Assembly: GCA_965207065.1 (NCBI GenBank)
Contig: OZ242260.1
Location: 1,056,001 to 1,120,000 of the forward strand
Direction of reading: 5' to 3'
DNA length: 64,000 nucleotides
Origin: a bacterium
Lineage (GTDB): Bacteria > UBA8248
Under the pieces are notes generated by a model. That model had not been told where the DNA came from. It did not search any database and saw only the letters and a program-made list of their open reading frames with translations. Position numbers and translations under genes: made by a program. Numbering within the stretch: the stretch's first letter is position 1; every line of letters starts with the position of its first letter. Positions 27,232-36,884 of this stretch are shown here, piece after piece.

Positions 27232-28596
27232 TTACAGCCCGCTGAACTCCTCGCATATCGCGGCCATCCACTTGGCCCCGTCTATCAGGTCCGCTATTTT
27301 GAGGTTCTCGTTCGCGCTGTGCGTGCGCGAGGTAATGCGGCCCACTCCGGTGGAGGACAGCGGAATCCCCAGGTGCTTCAAAACGATATACGTCGGCGTA
27401 CTGCCGTTGCCGAACGGGTTGATGATGGCGTCCTCCCCGTAAAGCCGATGCGACGCCGCGTTGCACGCCTTGACGATGTCGGCCTCGGGGTCGCTCTTCG
27501 CCGGGTAGGAGGTGAACAGAAGCTCCACGCCGATGTCCTCGAAGCCGTGCCTATCCAGATGCGCGCGCACGCAGTCCCTTATCTTGTAAGGGTCCTGGTT
27601 CGGCACGAGGCGGCAGTCTATCTTGGCCCGCGCGCGGGCGGAGACGATGGTCTTCACCCCCTCGCCGGTGTATCCGCCGTCAAAGCCCGCGATGTTGAAG
27701 GTCGGGTTCGCGAGATGGCGGCGCGGCAGGTCCTCGTCCTTCATGTCGAGGAGGAATTTGCGAAGCTCGAACTTCTCGATGCGCTCCGCCCCGTTGTAGG
27801 GCAGTACGCGGCGGATGAGTTCGTCCTCGATTTCGGTGATCGGCAGCACGTCGTCGTAGAAGCCCTCGACGAGCACGTTCTCGTCCTGGTCCTTCATAGT
27901 CGAGAGCGCCCACGTCATCCGCCAGGCCGCGTTCTCGTATATCTGGGCGTTCGAGCTGTGGAAATCCACGTTCGCCGTCCGGCAGGTGAGCTCCATGTAG
28001 CAGAGCCCCTTGTTGCCGAGCGAGAGCACGGGGGTATCGACGCGCGTGGTGTTGTCCTCCCACACGCAGCCGTCCGCCGCGAGTAGATCGGCGTTTTCCT
28101 TGACGAAGGGCTCGAGCGAGGGGCTTCCCACTTCTTCCTCGCCCTCGATGATGTACTTGACCGAACAAGGCAGTTCGCCGCGAACCGCGAGAAACGCCTC
28201 GAACGCCGCAAGGCGGCTCATGATGTTGCCCTTGTTGTCCGTCGATCCTCTCGCGATGACGGCCCCGTCGACAATCTCCGCGTCGAACGGCGGAGTATCC
28301 CACTCCGATAACGGCTCGGCCGGCTGCACGTCGTAGTGGTTATAGAAGAGAAGCGTCTTGTCCCCACCGCCACCGAGGCGCGCGGTGAGAATCGGGTTGC
28401 CGCCCGTCTCATGGAGCGTCGTCTTAAGGCCCGACCGCGCCACGCGGGCTTCGAGCAGGGCCGCCATCTCTCTTATCCCCACGTTGGTCGTCGAGATGCT
28501 CGGCTGGCGGCAGAGTTCCTGCAGATCCGCCACGATGCGATCCGCGTTCGCATCGATATAATCCAGCACGGCATCAAAATCCTTACCCTCGCTCAT
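27232..28596 (-). CDS. M20/M25/M40 metallo-hydrolase (dipeptidase-like)
   Basis: YNHYDVQP, ARGSTDNKG, EGEEEVGS and HSANE motifs. Confidence 0.93.
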   Translation of the reverse strand: MSEGKDFDAVLDYIDANADRIVADLQELCRQPSISTTNVGIREMAALLEARVARSGLKTTLHETGGNPILTARLGGGGDKTLLFYNHYDVQPAEPLSEWDTPPFDAEIVDGAVIARGSTDNKGNIMSRLAAFEAFLAVRGELPCSVKYIIEGEEEVGSPSLEPFVKENADLLAADGCVWEDNTTRVDTPVLSLGNKGLCYMELTCRTANVDFHSSNAQIYENAAWRMTWALSTMKDQDENVLVEGFYDDVLPITEIEDELIRRVLPYNGAERIEKFELRKFLLDMKDEDLPRRHLANPTFNIAGFDGGYTGEGVKTIVSARARAKIDCRLVPNQDPYKIRDCVRAHLDRHGFEDIGVELLFTSYPAKSDPEADIVKACNAASHRLYGEDAIINPFGNGSTPTYIVLKHLGIPLSSTGVGRITSRTHSANENLKIADLIDGAKWMAAICEEFSGL

Positions 28597-28772
28597 CGCA
28601 CACTCCTCATTCGCAAAACGCCCGCGATCGACTCATCGGTTTGATTATCTGCGTGGAACAAAGATATGATCCCCGGCACTTACATTCAACCCGAAAACCC
28701 GCATTCGCGCGACTCAGACCCGGGCGTCCATGCGCTCCGTCACGTCCCGGATGCGACGCAAGGAGGTCATTC

Positions 28773-29948
28773 ATGCCCGAAGCACCCGCGAACACGAACT
28801 GGTACACGTATTTTCCCGAGGACTACCGCTGGTCGGCCGCCATCTGCGGCATGGTGTCGAGCGCGCAGTGGGGCGGGACCGAAATCGGCGAGGTCGACAA
28901 GGTCTGCCGCCGCCTCTACAAGAAGCTCGGCGACGACAACCTGTGGTTCCGCGAGTGGGACCGTATGGGCGACACCGTGCGGGATCTGGGCCGCGCCGCC
29001 GAGCGCAAGAAGCGCAATCTCTCCGCCGCCACCCACTACAAGCGCGCCACCTGCTACTACCAGATGGGCGAGCGCTTCCGGACGCCCAAGGACAAGCGCG
29101 CGGTCGCCACGTTCAAGAAATCGCTCGACACCTTCCGCCGCTTCGTGCGCCTGACGGACAGGCCCAGAATCGAGGCCGTGGAGGTTCCCTTCGAGGGCAG
29201 AAAAAAACTCCCCGGCTATCTCGTGCACGCCGAGAACACGCGGAAGAGAAAACCCCCCGTCGTCGTTTTCTTCGACGGGCTCGACGTGACCAAGGAGCTT
29301 CAGTTCACGCGCGGCGTGGAAGACCTCATCCGCCGCGGCATGAGCTGTCTGGTCATGGACGGCCCCGGCACGGGCGAGGCCATCCGCCTGCGCAACATCT
29401 ACCTGCGTCACGACTACGAAGTCGCGGGCTCGGCAGCGCTCGATTACCTCGAAACCAGAAACGACGTGGACGCCAGGAACGCCGGCGTCATGGCCGTCAG
29501 CCTGGGCGGCTACTACGCGCCGCGCATCGCCAGCATGGAGCCGCGCTACAAGGCCTGTCTCGCCTGGGGGGCGATCTGGGACTACTACGCCACCTGGAAA
29601 AAGCGAATCGACGCCTCCTTCAAGGCGGAACTCTCCGTACCGGGTCATCACATCCAGTGGATCCTGAACGCCGACTCGCTCGATGACGCCCTGGTCAAGC
29701 TGGACGGCTTCCGGCTCGACGGCGTCGTGCAGAAGATGCGGTGTCCCTTCCTCGTCACGCACGGGGCGGATGATAAGCAGATTCCGCTCCGGGACGCCAA
29801 GGCGCTCTACAACGCCGTGGGCTCGAAGGACAAGACGCTCAAGGTATTCACCGTGAAGGAAGGAGGCTCCCAGCACTGCCAGCGCGACAACTACGCCATC
29901 GGCACGGCCTACATGTTCGACTGGCTCCAGGAGAAACTCTGCGGGTAG
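28773..29948 (+). CDS. FrsA/DHPON-hydrolase-like alpha/beta hydrolase, paralog 1
   Basis: FFDGLD..KE, DGPGTGE, AVSLGGYYAPR and GSQHCQ motifs; AGGAGG RBS before ATG 28773. Confidence 0.88.
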   Translation: MPEAPANTNWYTYFPEDYRWSAAICGMVSSAQWGGTEIGEVDKVCRRLYKKLGDDNLWFREWDRMGDTVRDLGRAAERKKRNLSAATHYKRATCYYQMGERFRTPKDKRAVATFKKSLDTFRRFVRLTDRPRIEAVEVPFEGRKKLPGYLVHAENTRKRKPPVVVFFDGLDVTKELQFTRGVEDLIRRGMSCLVMDGPGTGEAIRLRNIYLRHDYEVAGSAALDYLETRNDVDARNAGVMAVSLGGYYAPRIASMEPRYKACLAWGAIWDYYATWKKRIDASFKAELSVPGHHIQWILNADSLDDALVKLDGFRLDGVVQKMRCPFLVTHGADDKQIPLRDAKALYNAVGSKDKTLKVFTVKEGGSQHCQRDNYAIGTAYMFDWLQEKLCG

Positions 29949-29956
29949 ACGGGAGC

Positions 29957-30029
29957 GTAGGGACAGGCCCCCGTGCCTTTCCTGCCTTCGTGTTTGCCTG
30001 TGTAGGGACAGGTCGCGGCCTGTCCCTAC
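29957..30029. repeat. Pair of GTAG REPs
   Basis: GTAGGGACAGGCCCCCGTGCCTTTCC (29957) and GTAGGGACAGGTCGCGGCCTGTCCCTAC (30002). Confidence 0.85.
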
Positions 30030-30039
30030 CTGAGAGACC

Positions 30040-30960
30040 ATGACCCTCTTCCACACCCACGTCATCGTCGACTGGTCGGCGCGCTCGAAGCCGAGCCCGG
30101 CCCGTCCGACGAAAGACGCCATCTGGTGGGCCGCCGCGCGCGACGGCGTGGTGAGTGAACCAGAATACGCCCGCACCCGCCAAGACGCGGTGGAGCGTTT
30201 GGCAGATATCATCGCAATGGAACTAGACGCCGCCCGCCGGGTGTTGATCGGTTTCGACTTTCCCTTCGGCTACCCGGCCGGGGTGGCGGCGCACCTGACG
30301 GGCGAGGCCTCCGCTCACGCGCTTTGGGACTGGCTGGCGGCCCGCATTGAAGATGGAGAGGACAACGCCAACAACCGCTATGAAGTCTCAGAGGCGATCA
30401 ACCGGGCCTATCCGGGAGTCGGCCCCTTCTGGGGTCGACCCGGAACCTGGCGATACCCGGACGTGCCGACACGCGAATCGCGCCGCACTCACCGCGAAGC
30501 CCATCCTCCCGAGCGGCGCATCGCCGACTCCCGCGCCAGGGGCGCCAAGACCGTCTGGCAACTGGCCTACGCCGGGTCCGTCGGCTCGCAGGTGCTCCTG
30601 GGCCTTCCCGCCATCAAGCGCCTCATCGAGCACCCGCGCCTGAATGGCCGCCTCGCCGTCTGGCCCTTCGATACCGGCTTGCGCGCGCCAGAAGCACCCG
30701 CCGTCATCGCCGAAATCTATCCCTCCCTCCTCAGGAAAGAAATTGAAGAGCGAAAGAGTGAGGGCGAGATACCGGACGCCGCACAGGTTCGCGTAAACGC
30801 GGAGGCCTTCGCCCGGCTCGACACTCTGGGCGGGCTGGGCCCCTTATTCCAAGGCGCTTCTCATCTCGACGCCGCCGAGCGCCGCATCATCGAAACGGAA
30901 GAGGCATGGATACTCGGCCTCGGCCATGAGGAGGAACTCAAAAAGGTGTTGGGCCAGTAG
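30040..30960 (+). CDS. DUF429-like (RNase H-like fold) protein
   Basis: IVDWSA, IGFDFPFGYP, GSVGSQ, AEIYPS and EEAWILG motifs. Confidence 0.7.
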   Translation: MTLFHTHVIVDWSARSKPSPARPTKDAIWWAAARDGVVSEPEYARTRQDAVERLADIIAMELDAARRVLIGFDFPFGYPAGVAAHLTGEASAHALWDWLAARIEDGEDNANNRYEVSEAINRAYPGVGPFWGRPGTWRYPDVPTRESRRTHREAHPPERRIADSRARGAKTVWQLAYAGSVGSQVLLGLPAIKRLIEHPRLNGRLAVWPFDTGLRAPEAPAVIAEIYPSLLRKEIEERKSEGEIPDAAQVRVNAEAFARLDTLGGLGPLFQGASHLDAAERRIIETEEAWILGLGHEEELKKVLGQ

Positions 30961-30985
30961 GGACAGGTCGCGACCTGTCCCCTGC
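30957..30985. repeat. GTAG REP overlapping a stop codon
   Basis: GTAGGGACAGGTCGCGACCTGTCCC; its TAG is the stop codon of the upstream gene. Confidence 0.88.
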
Positions 30986-31114
30986 TCATATCCCTTTAGG
31001 AAATTCCAACGCTTCAGATACAATAAACCCCGGCGGAGCTGCCAGATGCAGAGCTATGTCGCCTTACCAAGCATCTTCACCCGTCAATAATCGAGCATGC
31101 GTCTCGGGGTTCAC

Positions 31115-31675
31115 ATGCTGAAGCGATTGCTGCTCATCTGCCTAATCTGCATTCCCGTGGCCGTCTGGGGACTGTATAAGCAGGCGCGTGTTCTCGCGCC
31201 CGAGTGGAACGGGGTTTCGTGCGTCAGTGAAGTGGTTTGCCTGGAGGATGCGTCGCGCTACAGGCAAGCGGCCGCGCTGTATGATAAAGCCTACGCGTCC
31301 GTGAACGCCTCGGTCGGCGCCATCGAAAACAAGCCCCGCGCCATCTTCTGCGGCTCGCAGGCCTGTTTCGAGGCTTTCGGGTTCGACAAGGCGGCGGCGC
31401 ACACCCTAGGCGTATCCGGAATCGTGATTGGCCCGCGCGGGTGGAAAGACTACTACCTGCGTCACGAGATGATTCATCACTTGCAAGCCGAGCGGCTGGG
31501 CGTTTTCAGGCAGTGGCGAAGCCCCGATTGGTTCAAGGAGGGAATGGCTTACGCGCTCAGCCGGGACCCCCGGCCTAAACTCTCTGCGCCTTGGGGGCGA
31601 TACCGCGCGCAATTCGAGAAATGGTATCGATTCGTGGGGAAGGAACGCCTCTGGGAAGAGGCGCGGAAGTTGTAG
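31115..31675 (+). CDS. Hypothetical exported protein with HExxH zincin-like motif
   Basis: N-terminal hydrophobic segment; LRHEMIHH and PDWFKEGMAY motifs. Confidence 0.75.
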   Translation: MLKRLLLICLICIPVAVWGLYKQARVLAPEWNGVSCVSEVVCLEDASRYRQAAALYDKAYASVNASVGAIENKPRAIFCGSQACFEAFGFDKAAAHTLGVSGIVIGPRGWKDYYLRHEMIHHLQAERLGVFRQWRSPDWFKEGMAYALSRDPRPKLSAPWGRYRAQFEKWYRFVGKERLWEEARKL

Positions 31676-31677
31676 CC

Positions 31678-31705
31678 GTAGGGACAGGTCGCGACCTGTC
31701 CTTAC
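31678..31705. repeat. GTAG REP
   Basis: GTAGGGACAGGTCGCGACCTGTCCTTAC, 2 nt after the stop codon. Confidence 0.88.
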
Positions 31706-31979
31706 CACAGATTCGATTATGAATATGCCGTGAGATGATTCGATTCCATAACGCCATTCCGGCTACGCCCGGCGGCCCCCTCCCCGAAAGCAACCCCCAT
31801 CCCCGATGACGCACGTAACAACGCTGTGGTATAAGTTTTTTTATTGGAACAATATAGCGAGGAAGCCCGAATTTCGAAGAACTGCCGGATTGAAGAATCC
31901 GTTTTTCTCGATTTTCCCGCGCCATCCCTCAATAGATATTTGCACGATAATATTCAATTTCACGTAAGGAGAACGCCTC

Positions 31980-33164
31980 ATGGCAAAAGCCGCACAAGCC
32001 GTCCGCAAGGAACCATGGTTCGCGTATTTTCCCGATGACTACCGCTGGTCCGCAGGCGTGGGCATCGCCTATTCCACATCCTATTGGGGTTCGTCCACGA
32101 TGGGCGAGGTCGACAGGGTCTGCCGGAAGTTAAAGGGCAAGATAGGCGACGACGACGCCTGGTTCGACGAATGGGTGAGCGAGGCCGACAGGATGCGCGC
32201 CCTCGGGATGGCCGCCGCGCGGAAGAAGAACAACCTCTCCGCCGCCGCTTTCTTCAAGCGCGCGTGTTTCTACTATCAGCTCGGCGAGCGTTTCCGGACG
32301 CCCAAGGACAAGGCGGCGAACGCCGCGTACCGCAAATCACTCGACAGCTTCAAGCGCTTCGCCGCGCTCACGGACGCTCCGCGCATCGAGCACGTGGAGA
32401 TCCCCTTCGAGGGCAAGAAGACGCTGCCCGGAATCCTGATTCACGCGCAAAATACGAGAAAGAGAAAACCGCCCGTGGTGGTATCTTTCGACGGTTTCGA
32501 CGTCTCGAAGGAGATTCAATACATCCTGGGAGCGGAAGACCTCGTTCGCCGGGGGATGAGCGTGCTCGCCGTGGATGCGCCCGGAAACGGAGAAGCCATC
32601 CGCTTCAGGAAGCTCTACCTGCGCCACGATCATGAAACCGCGGGCGCTGCGGCCCTCGATTATCTCGAAAGCAGAAACGACGTGGACGCGAAGCGCGCCG
32701 GCGTCATGGCGATAAGCCTCGGCGGCTACTACGCGCCCAGAAACGCGAGCATGGAGCACCGCTTCAAGGCGTGCGTGGCGTGGGGTGCGATCTGGGACTA
32801 CCAGCGGGTGTGGCAGGACAGAATCGCCGCCGCCTACAAAACGGCCCTCTCGGTTCCCGGCCATCACCTGACGTGGATTTTCAACTCGGACTCCACCGAG
32901 GAGTGCCTCGACTTGCTCGCGGACTTCAAGCTCGACGGCGTGGTGCAGAACATGCGCTGCCCGTTCCTGCTGATCCACGGAGAGGGCGACCAGCAGATCC
33001 CCCTCGCCGACGCGAAAAATCTTTTCAACGCCTCGGGTTCTAAAGACAAGACCTTCCGGGTCGTCAAGGGAACGGAAACCGGCGCCCAGCACTGCCAGAT
33101 GGACAACGTGCCCCCCTACGCGCACGAGATTTTCGACTGGCTCAAGCTGAAGCTGGGCGCCTAG
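31980..33164 (+). CDS. FrsA/DHPON-hydrolase-like alpha/beta hydrolase, paralog 2
   Basis: Colinear with 28773-29948; AISLGGYYAPR and GAQHCQ motifs. Confidence 0.9.
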   Translation: MAKAAQAVRKEPWFAYFPDDYRWSAGVGIAYSTSYWGSSTMGEVDRVCRKLKGKIGDDDAWFDEWVSEADRMRALGMAAARKKNNLSAAAFFKRACFYYQLGERFRTPKDKAANAAYRKSLDSFKRFAALTDAPRIEHVEIPFEGKKTLPGILIHAQNTRKRKPPVVVSFDGFDVSKEIQYILGAEDLVRRGMSVLAVDAPGNGEAIRFRKLYLRHDHETAGAAALDYLESRNDVDAKRAGVMAISLGGYYAPRNASMEHRFKACVAWGAIWDYQRVWQDRIAAAYKTALSVPGHHLTWIFNSDSTEECLDLLADFKLDGVVQNMRCPFLLIHGEGDQQIPLADAKNLFNASGSKDKTFRVVKGTETGAQHCQMDNVPPYAHEIFDWLKLKLGA

Positions 33165-33299
33165 CGAGGTTTGCCTCGGACCATAGGCCTTCACGCGTCT
33201 TTTTTCACGGTGTCCCGACCTCCGCACAAGGGTCGGGACACCTTTTCGAGAACCCTTTCAGACGATGTCTCCATCGGTGCGCCAGGCGTTCCCTTGACA

Positions 33300-33471
33300 A
33301 GCCAAACCACACGAACAACATTGCGAATTCCTCACAACCCGGAATCGTGGACGCATGGACGACCGCATCTACGCGCTGGACAAGGGCCGGACCTTTGAGA
33401 GCGTAAAGTACAAAGAACTCATGGCCAAAGACGGGGCTTTCACGAAACTGGCCAAACGCCGGTTGACGTAA
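33300..33471 (+). pseudogene. C-terminal remnant of an ABC exporter ATPase
   Basis: 33361-33471 reads DRIYALDKGRTFESVKYKELMAKDGAFTKLAKRRLT*; upstream part frameshifted. Confidence 0.6.
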
Positions 33472-33569
33472 ACGGCGCGGATAGTGATTACAATGGGAGT
33501 GCGGGCGCGCGTGGAGCCGCACGCCGCCTGCGTCGATGAGATAATCTTTTATGAGAGGGCATAGGCCAT

Positions 33570-34355
33570 ATGAACTACGAGAACCTGCGCACCGAAATGG
33601 ACGGTGAGTTGCTGATCGTCACATTGCACTGGCCGGAGCGGCGAAACGCCATGACACAGCAAATGCGGGTCGACCTGCTCGACTGCGCCCGCCGCGCCGA
33701 AACAGACGACGCGGTGAAGGCCATCGTCTTCACCGGGCATGGGGACAAGTCGTTTTGCGCCGGCACCAACATCCCCGAACTCGAACGACGCACGCTGGTC
33801 TCGGAGATGGGCCCCTCGGCCACGCTGCGAAAGGAACTGCCGACCGCCATCGAGCGGCTCGGCAAGCCGACCGTCGCCGCGATCAACGGCTACTGCTTCG
33901 GCGCGGGGCTGGAATTCGCCATGGGGTGCACAATCCGCATCGCGAGCGAGAACGCCCGACTCGGGCAGCCGGAGATCAACCTGGGCCAGATTCCAGGAAG
34001 CGGCGGCACGCAGCGCCTCTACCGTTTCGTCGGGCTGGGCTGGGCCATGCAGATGATCCTGACGGGGCAGCGCGTCGACGCCGGAACCGCGCGCGAAATC
34101 GGCCTGGTCACCGAAGTCATGCCCTTGGCCGACCTCATGCCCCGCGCGAAGGAGCTGGCGCGCACGCTGGGGGCGCAGTCCCCCATAGCCTTTGTCGCCG
34201 GGCGAGACGCCGTCTTGCGCTCTACGGAAACCGAGCTCCTGGCGGGCATCGACTTCGAGCGCAAGCTCTACGCCATCTGCATGGCGACCGAGGACAGCCG
34301 CGAGGCCCTGAAAGCCTACGCCGAAAAACGCGCGCCCCGGTACAAGGGCCGCTAA
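33570..34355 (+). CDS. Enoyl-CoA hydratase/isomerase
   Basis: SFCAGTN, AAINGYCFGAGLEFA and GQPEINLGQIPGSGGTQRL motifs. Confidence 0.92.
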   Translation: MNYENLRTEMDGELLIVTLHWPERRNAMTQQMRVDLLDCARRAETDDAVKAIVFTGHGDKSFCAGTNIPELERRTLVSEMGPSATLRKELPTAIERLGKPTVAAINGYCFGAGLEFAMGCTIRIASENARLGQPEINLGQIPGSGGTQRLYRFVGLGWAMQMILTGQRVDAGTAREIGLVTEVMPLADLMPRAKELARTLGAQSPIAFVAGRDAVLRSTETELLAGIDFERKLYAICMATEDSREALKAYAEKRAPRYKGR

Positions 34356-34368
34356 TCCCGGAACAAAC

Positions 34369-35979
34369 ATGAAACCATCTTTTCTTGACCAGGAAAAAAT
34401 CGAGGCCTATCTCGCCGCCGGGTACTGGACGCGCGAGACGATGGTGGAGCGCTACGCTGCCTATGCGCGGGATTTTCCCGATAAAATCGCCTGCCGCGAT
34501 TCGCAAGAGGAGATCACCTGGCGGGGGCTGGATGAACTCACCGACCGCATCGCCGCGAACCTGCTCGCCAGGGGAATCGAGCGCGACGCCCGCGCCCTGG
34601 TGCAGATGTCATCGTCGAACCGCGAGATCGTCTTGCGCATCGCTTTCAAGAAAGCGGGAATCATCGGCTGTTTCGCACCCATGCAATGGCGGCGCCAGGA
34701 ACTGGGCTACGCCTTTCGGGAACTGTCGCCGAGCGTCATATTCGCCTCACCCGATTCAGGCCGCGATGCGCCGGCCTGGCTGGATGAGGCGCTCGATGGG
34801 GCCTCGCACACGCTTCTCGTCGATCTCTCGGGCGAATCTCCCGAAGGGTGGCTCCCCTGGGCCGATCTGACCAGGCCGCCTGATAACGCGGGAGCGATGG
34901 AGAAAATCGCCTCCCGGCAATTCCGTTTCGATGAGATTTCCATGATCACGGTATCGAGCGGTTCGAGCGGTTTTTCCAAGCTGTGCGAATGGCCCGAAGG
35001 GGCGCAGATGTGCCTCGCCCGCGCAAACGGCGCGCGATTGTCTATCAGCGAGGACGACAACGTCGGCGTATTCGCGCCGATGGCGGGGGGCGCGGGGCTG
35101 CTGGTCTGGGTGACGTCGGGCATGACGCCGTGCGCCTTCACGTTCCCCGAAACCTATAACGCGTGCGCTTTGCTGGCGCTCATCGAGAGTGCGAAGATCA
35201 CCGTGGCGACGACCGTGCCCGTCATCCTCACCCGGATGGCGCAGGAAGACTTAAGCTCCTTCGATCTGCGCTCGCTGCGCGCCATTCGCATCGGCACGGC
35301 GGCGGCAGACCTCGACGCGGCGCGCCATGTGGAAAGCCTCACCGATTGCCGCGTCGTGGTCGCGGCGGGCAGCATGGAAACCCCCGGTTTCGCGCACGCG
35401 GACTTCAACGAGCCCGCCACGCTCAGGCTCAACGGCAGCGTCGGCTTGCCGCACCGGGGATGCCGCTGGCGAATCGAGGACGAGGAGGGAAACGCGCTGC
35501 CTCGAGGGGGCGTCGGCCATTTCAAAATCAGCGCCCCATTCACGTCTTCCGGCTACTGGAAGGACCCGGAAGGGACGAGGGCGGTCTGGTCGGATGGCTG
35601 GAACACGACCGGCGACATCGCGGCCATCGACGAGGATGGCCGCTTGCGGCTTCTGGGCCGCAGCAAGGAAGTCATCAACCGCAGCGGGCAGAAGATACTG
35701 CCTGTCGAGGTTGAGCGCGAGATCGCCAAGCACCCCGACGTCTTCGAGTGCGCCGTTGTCGCCGCGCCCGATCCCGAATACGGCGAGGCGCCCTGGGCTT
35801 TCATCCAGCCCCATGAGGGCAGGAGTCTCGACCCGGAGGTTCTGGCCGATGTGCTCAGGGCGAGCGGCCTCGCCACCTACAAGATACCGACACGGTTCAT
35901 CGAGCTCGGCGAATTCCCCCGCGTCGCGAGTGACAAGATCGACAAGAAAGCGCTGCTGGAGTTGGCGCCCGATGAATAG
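34369..35979 (+). CDS. Class I adenylate-forming enzyme (aryl/acyl-CoA ligase)
   Basis: SSGSSGFSK, GSME, TGDIA, GRSKEVINRSGQKI and DKIDKK motifs. Confidence 0.9.
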   Translation: MKPSFLDQEKIEAYLAAGYWTRETMVERYAAYARDFPDKIACRDSQEEITWRGLDELTDRIAANLLARGIERDARALVQMSSSNREIVLRIAFKKAGIIGCFAPMQWRRQELGYAFRELSPSVIFASPDSGRDAPAWLDEALDGASHTLLVDLSGESPEGWLPWADLTRPPDNAGAMEKIASRQFRFDEISMITVSSGSSGFSKLCEWPEGAQMCLARANGARLSISEDDNVGVFAPMAGGAGLLVWVTSGMTPCAFTFPETYNACALLALIESAKITVATTVPVILTRMAQEDLSSFDLRSLRAIRIGTAAADLDAARHVESLTDCRVVVAAGSMETPGFAHADFNEPATLRLNGSVGLPHRGCRWRIEDEEGNALPRGGVGHFKISAPFTSSGYWKDPEGTRAVWSDGWNTTGDIAAIDEDGRLRLLGRSKEVINRSGQKILPVEVEREIAKHPDVFECAVVAAPDPEYGEAPWAFIQPHEGRSLDPEVLADVLRASGLATYKIPTRFIELGEFPRVASDKIDKKALLELAPDE

Positions 35980-36013
35980 AACGGCAAAACCGAGACAAAG
36001 GAGAACCCAGACG

Positions 36014-36811
36014 ATGGCACACGGCGAAGACCTGCACGGCGCGAATTTCGACGGCTTCACGGTCGAGATAGACGCCGGGCAAAAGCGCGGCGACATCATT
36101 CTCGACCGCGGCGAGATGAACACGATAAGCATGGGCCAGCGCGAGGAGCTGCGCGCCGCCTTCGAGAATCTGGACCGCGATGAGCGCGTGCGCGTCATCG
36201 TGCTGCGCGCCCAGGGCCCCAACTTCTCCTCGGGCGGGTTCATTCGCGGGTTCATGGAGGCCTCGCCCGAGCACGTCTCGAACCTGGCCGACAACATCGC
36301 CGCGCCCACCCGGTGCGTAAAGCCGACCATCGCCGCCAACCGCGGTTATTGCTTCGGCGTGGGCTTCGAGATATCGCTCGCGTGCGATTTCCGCGTCGCT
36401 TCGGAGACGACGCTCTATGCCCTGCCCGAGCAGCGCCTGGGGCAGATTCCGGGTTCGGGCGGCTCGGCGCGCCTGCAGAAGATGGTCGGCATCACGCGGA
36501 CGAAGCACATCGTCATGCGCTCGAAGCGCATCAAAGGCAGCCAGGCGTATGATTGGGGCATCGTCACCGAGGTCGTGCCGGACGAAGAACTGGAGGCGGC
36601 CACGGACTCCCTGGTCGCGGAGCTTTGCCAGTTCGCCCCGCTCGCGCAGCGAACGGCCAAGCGCCTGCTCAACGAAACGGAAGACACCTTCCTGTCCCTG
36701 GGCATCCAGCTCGAAGGGCATTGCTACTCGCGGCTTCGCCAGTCGGATGATTTCAAAGAGGGCGTGGAGGCCTTTCACGAGAAGCGCAAACCGAACTTCA
36801 GGGGGAGCTGA
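36014..36811 (+). CDS. hmfE: Crotonase-fold protein resembling 2-oxoglutaroyl-CoA hydrolase HmfE
   Basis: DGFTVEID, FSSGG.I.GF.EASPEHVS.LA.NIAAP, ANRGYCFGVGFEISLACDFR and LEGHCYSRLR match HmfE as recalled; AAGGAG RBS. Confidence 0.7.
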   Translation: MAHGEDLHGANFDGFTVEIDAGQKRGDIILDRGEMNTISMGQREELRAAFENLDRDERVRVIVLRAQGPNFSSGGFIRGFMEASPEHVSNLADNIAAPTRCVKPTIAANRGYCFGVGFEISLACDFRVASETTLYALPEQRLGQIPGSGGSARLQKMVGITRTKHIVMRSKRIKGSQAYDWGIVTEVVPDEELEAATDSLVAELCQFAPLAQRTAKRLLNETEDTFLSLGIQLEGHCYSRLRQSDDFKEGVEAFHEKRKPNFRGS

Positions 36812-36884
36812 TGGAGTTTCGGACAACTCATTTTTTATGAATCTTCCCTGCTTTCAAACGCGGTGTAGCTCCTACCTCTAAAAA

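Noticed and set aside
29957-31705. CRISPR array or integron attC sites
   Set aside because: Repeats are separated by whole genes; no cas or intI genes; no RYYYAAC/GTTRRRY cores
35327-36013. N-terminal extension making a 494-aa crotonase
   Set aside because: Overlaps the CoA ligase in another frame; the real start is ATG 36014 with an RBS
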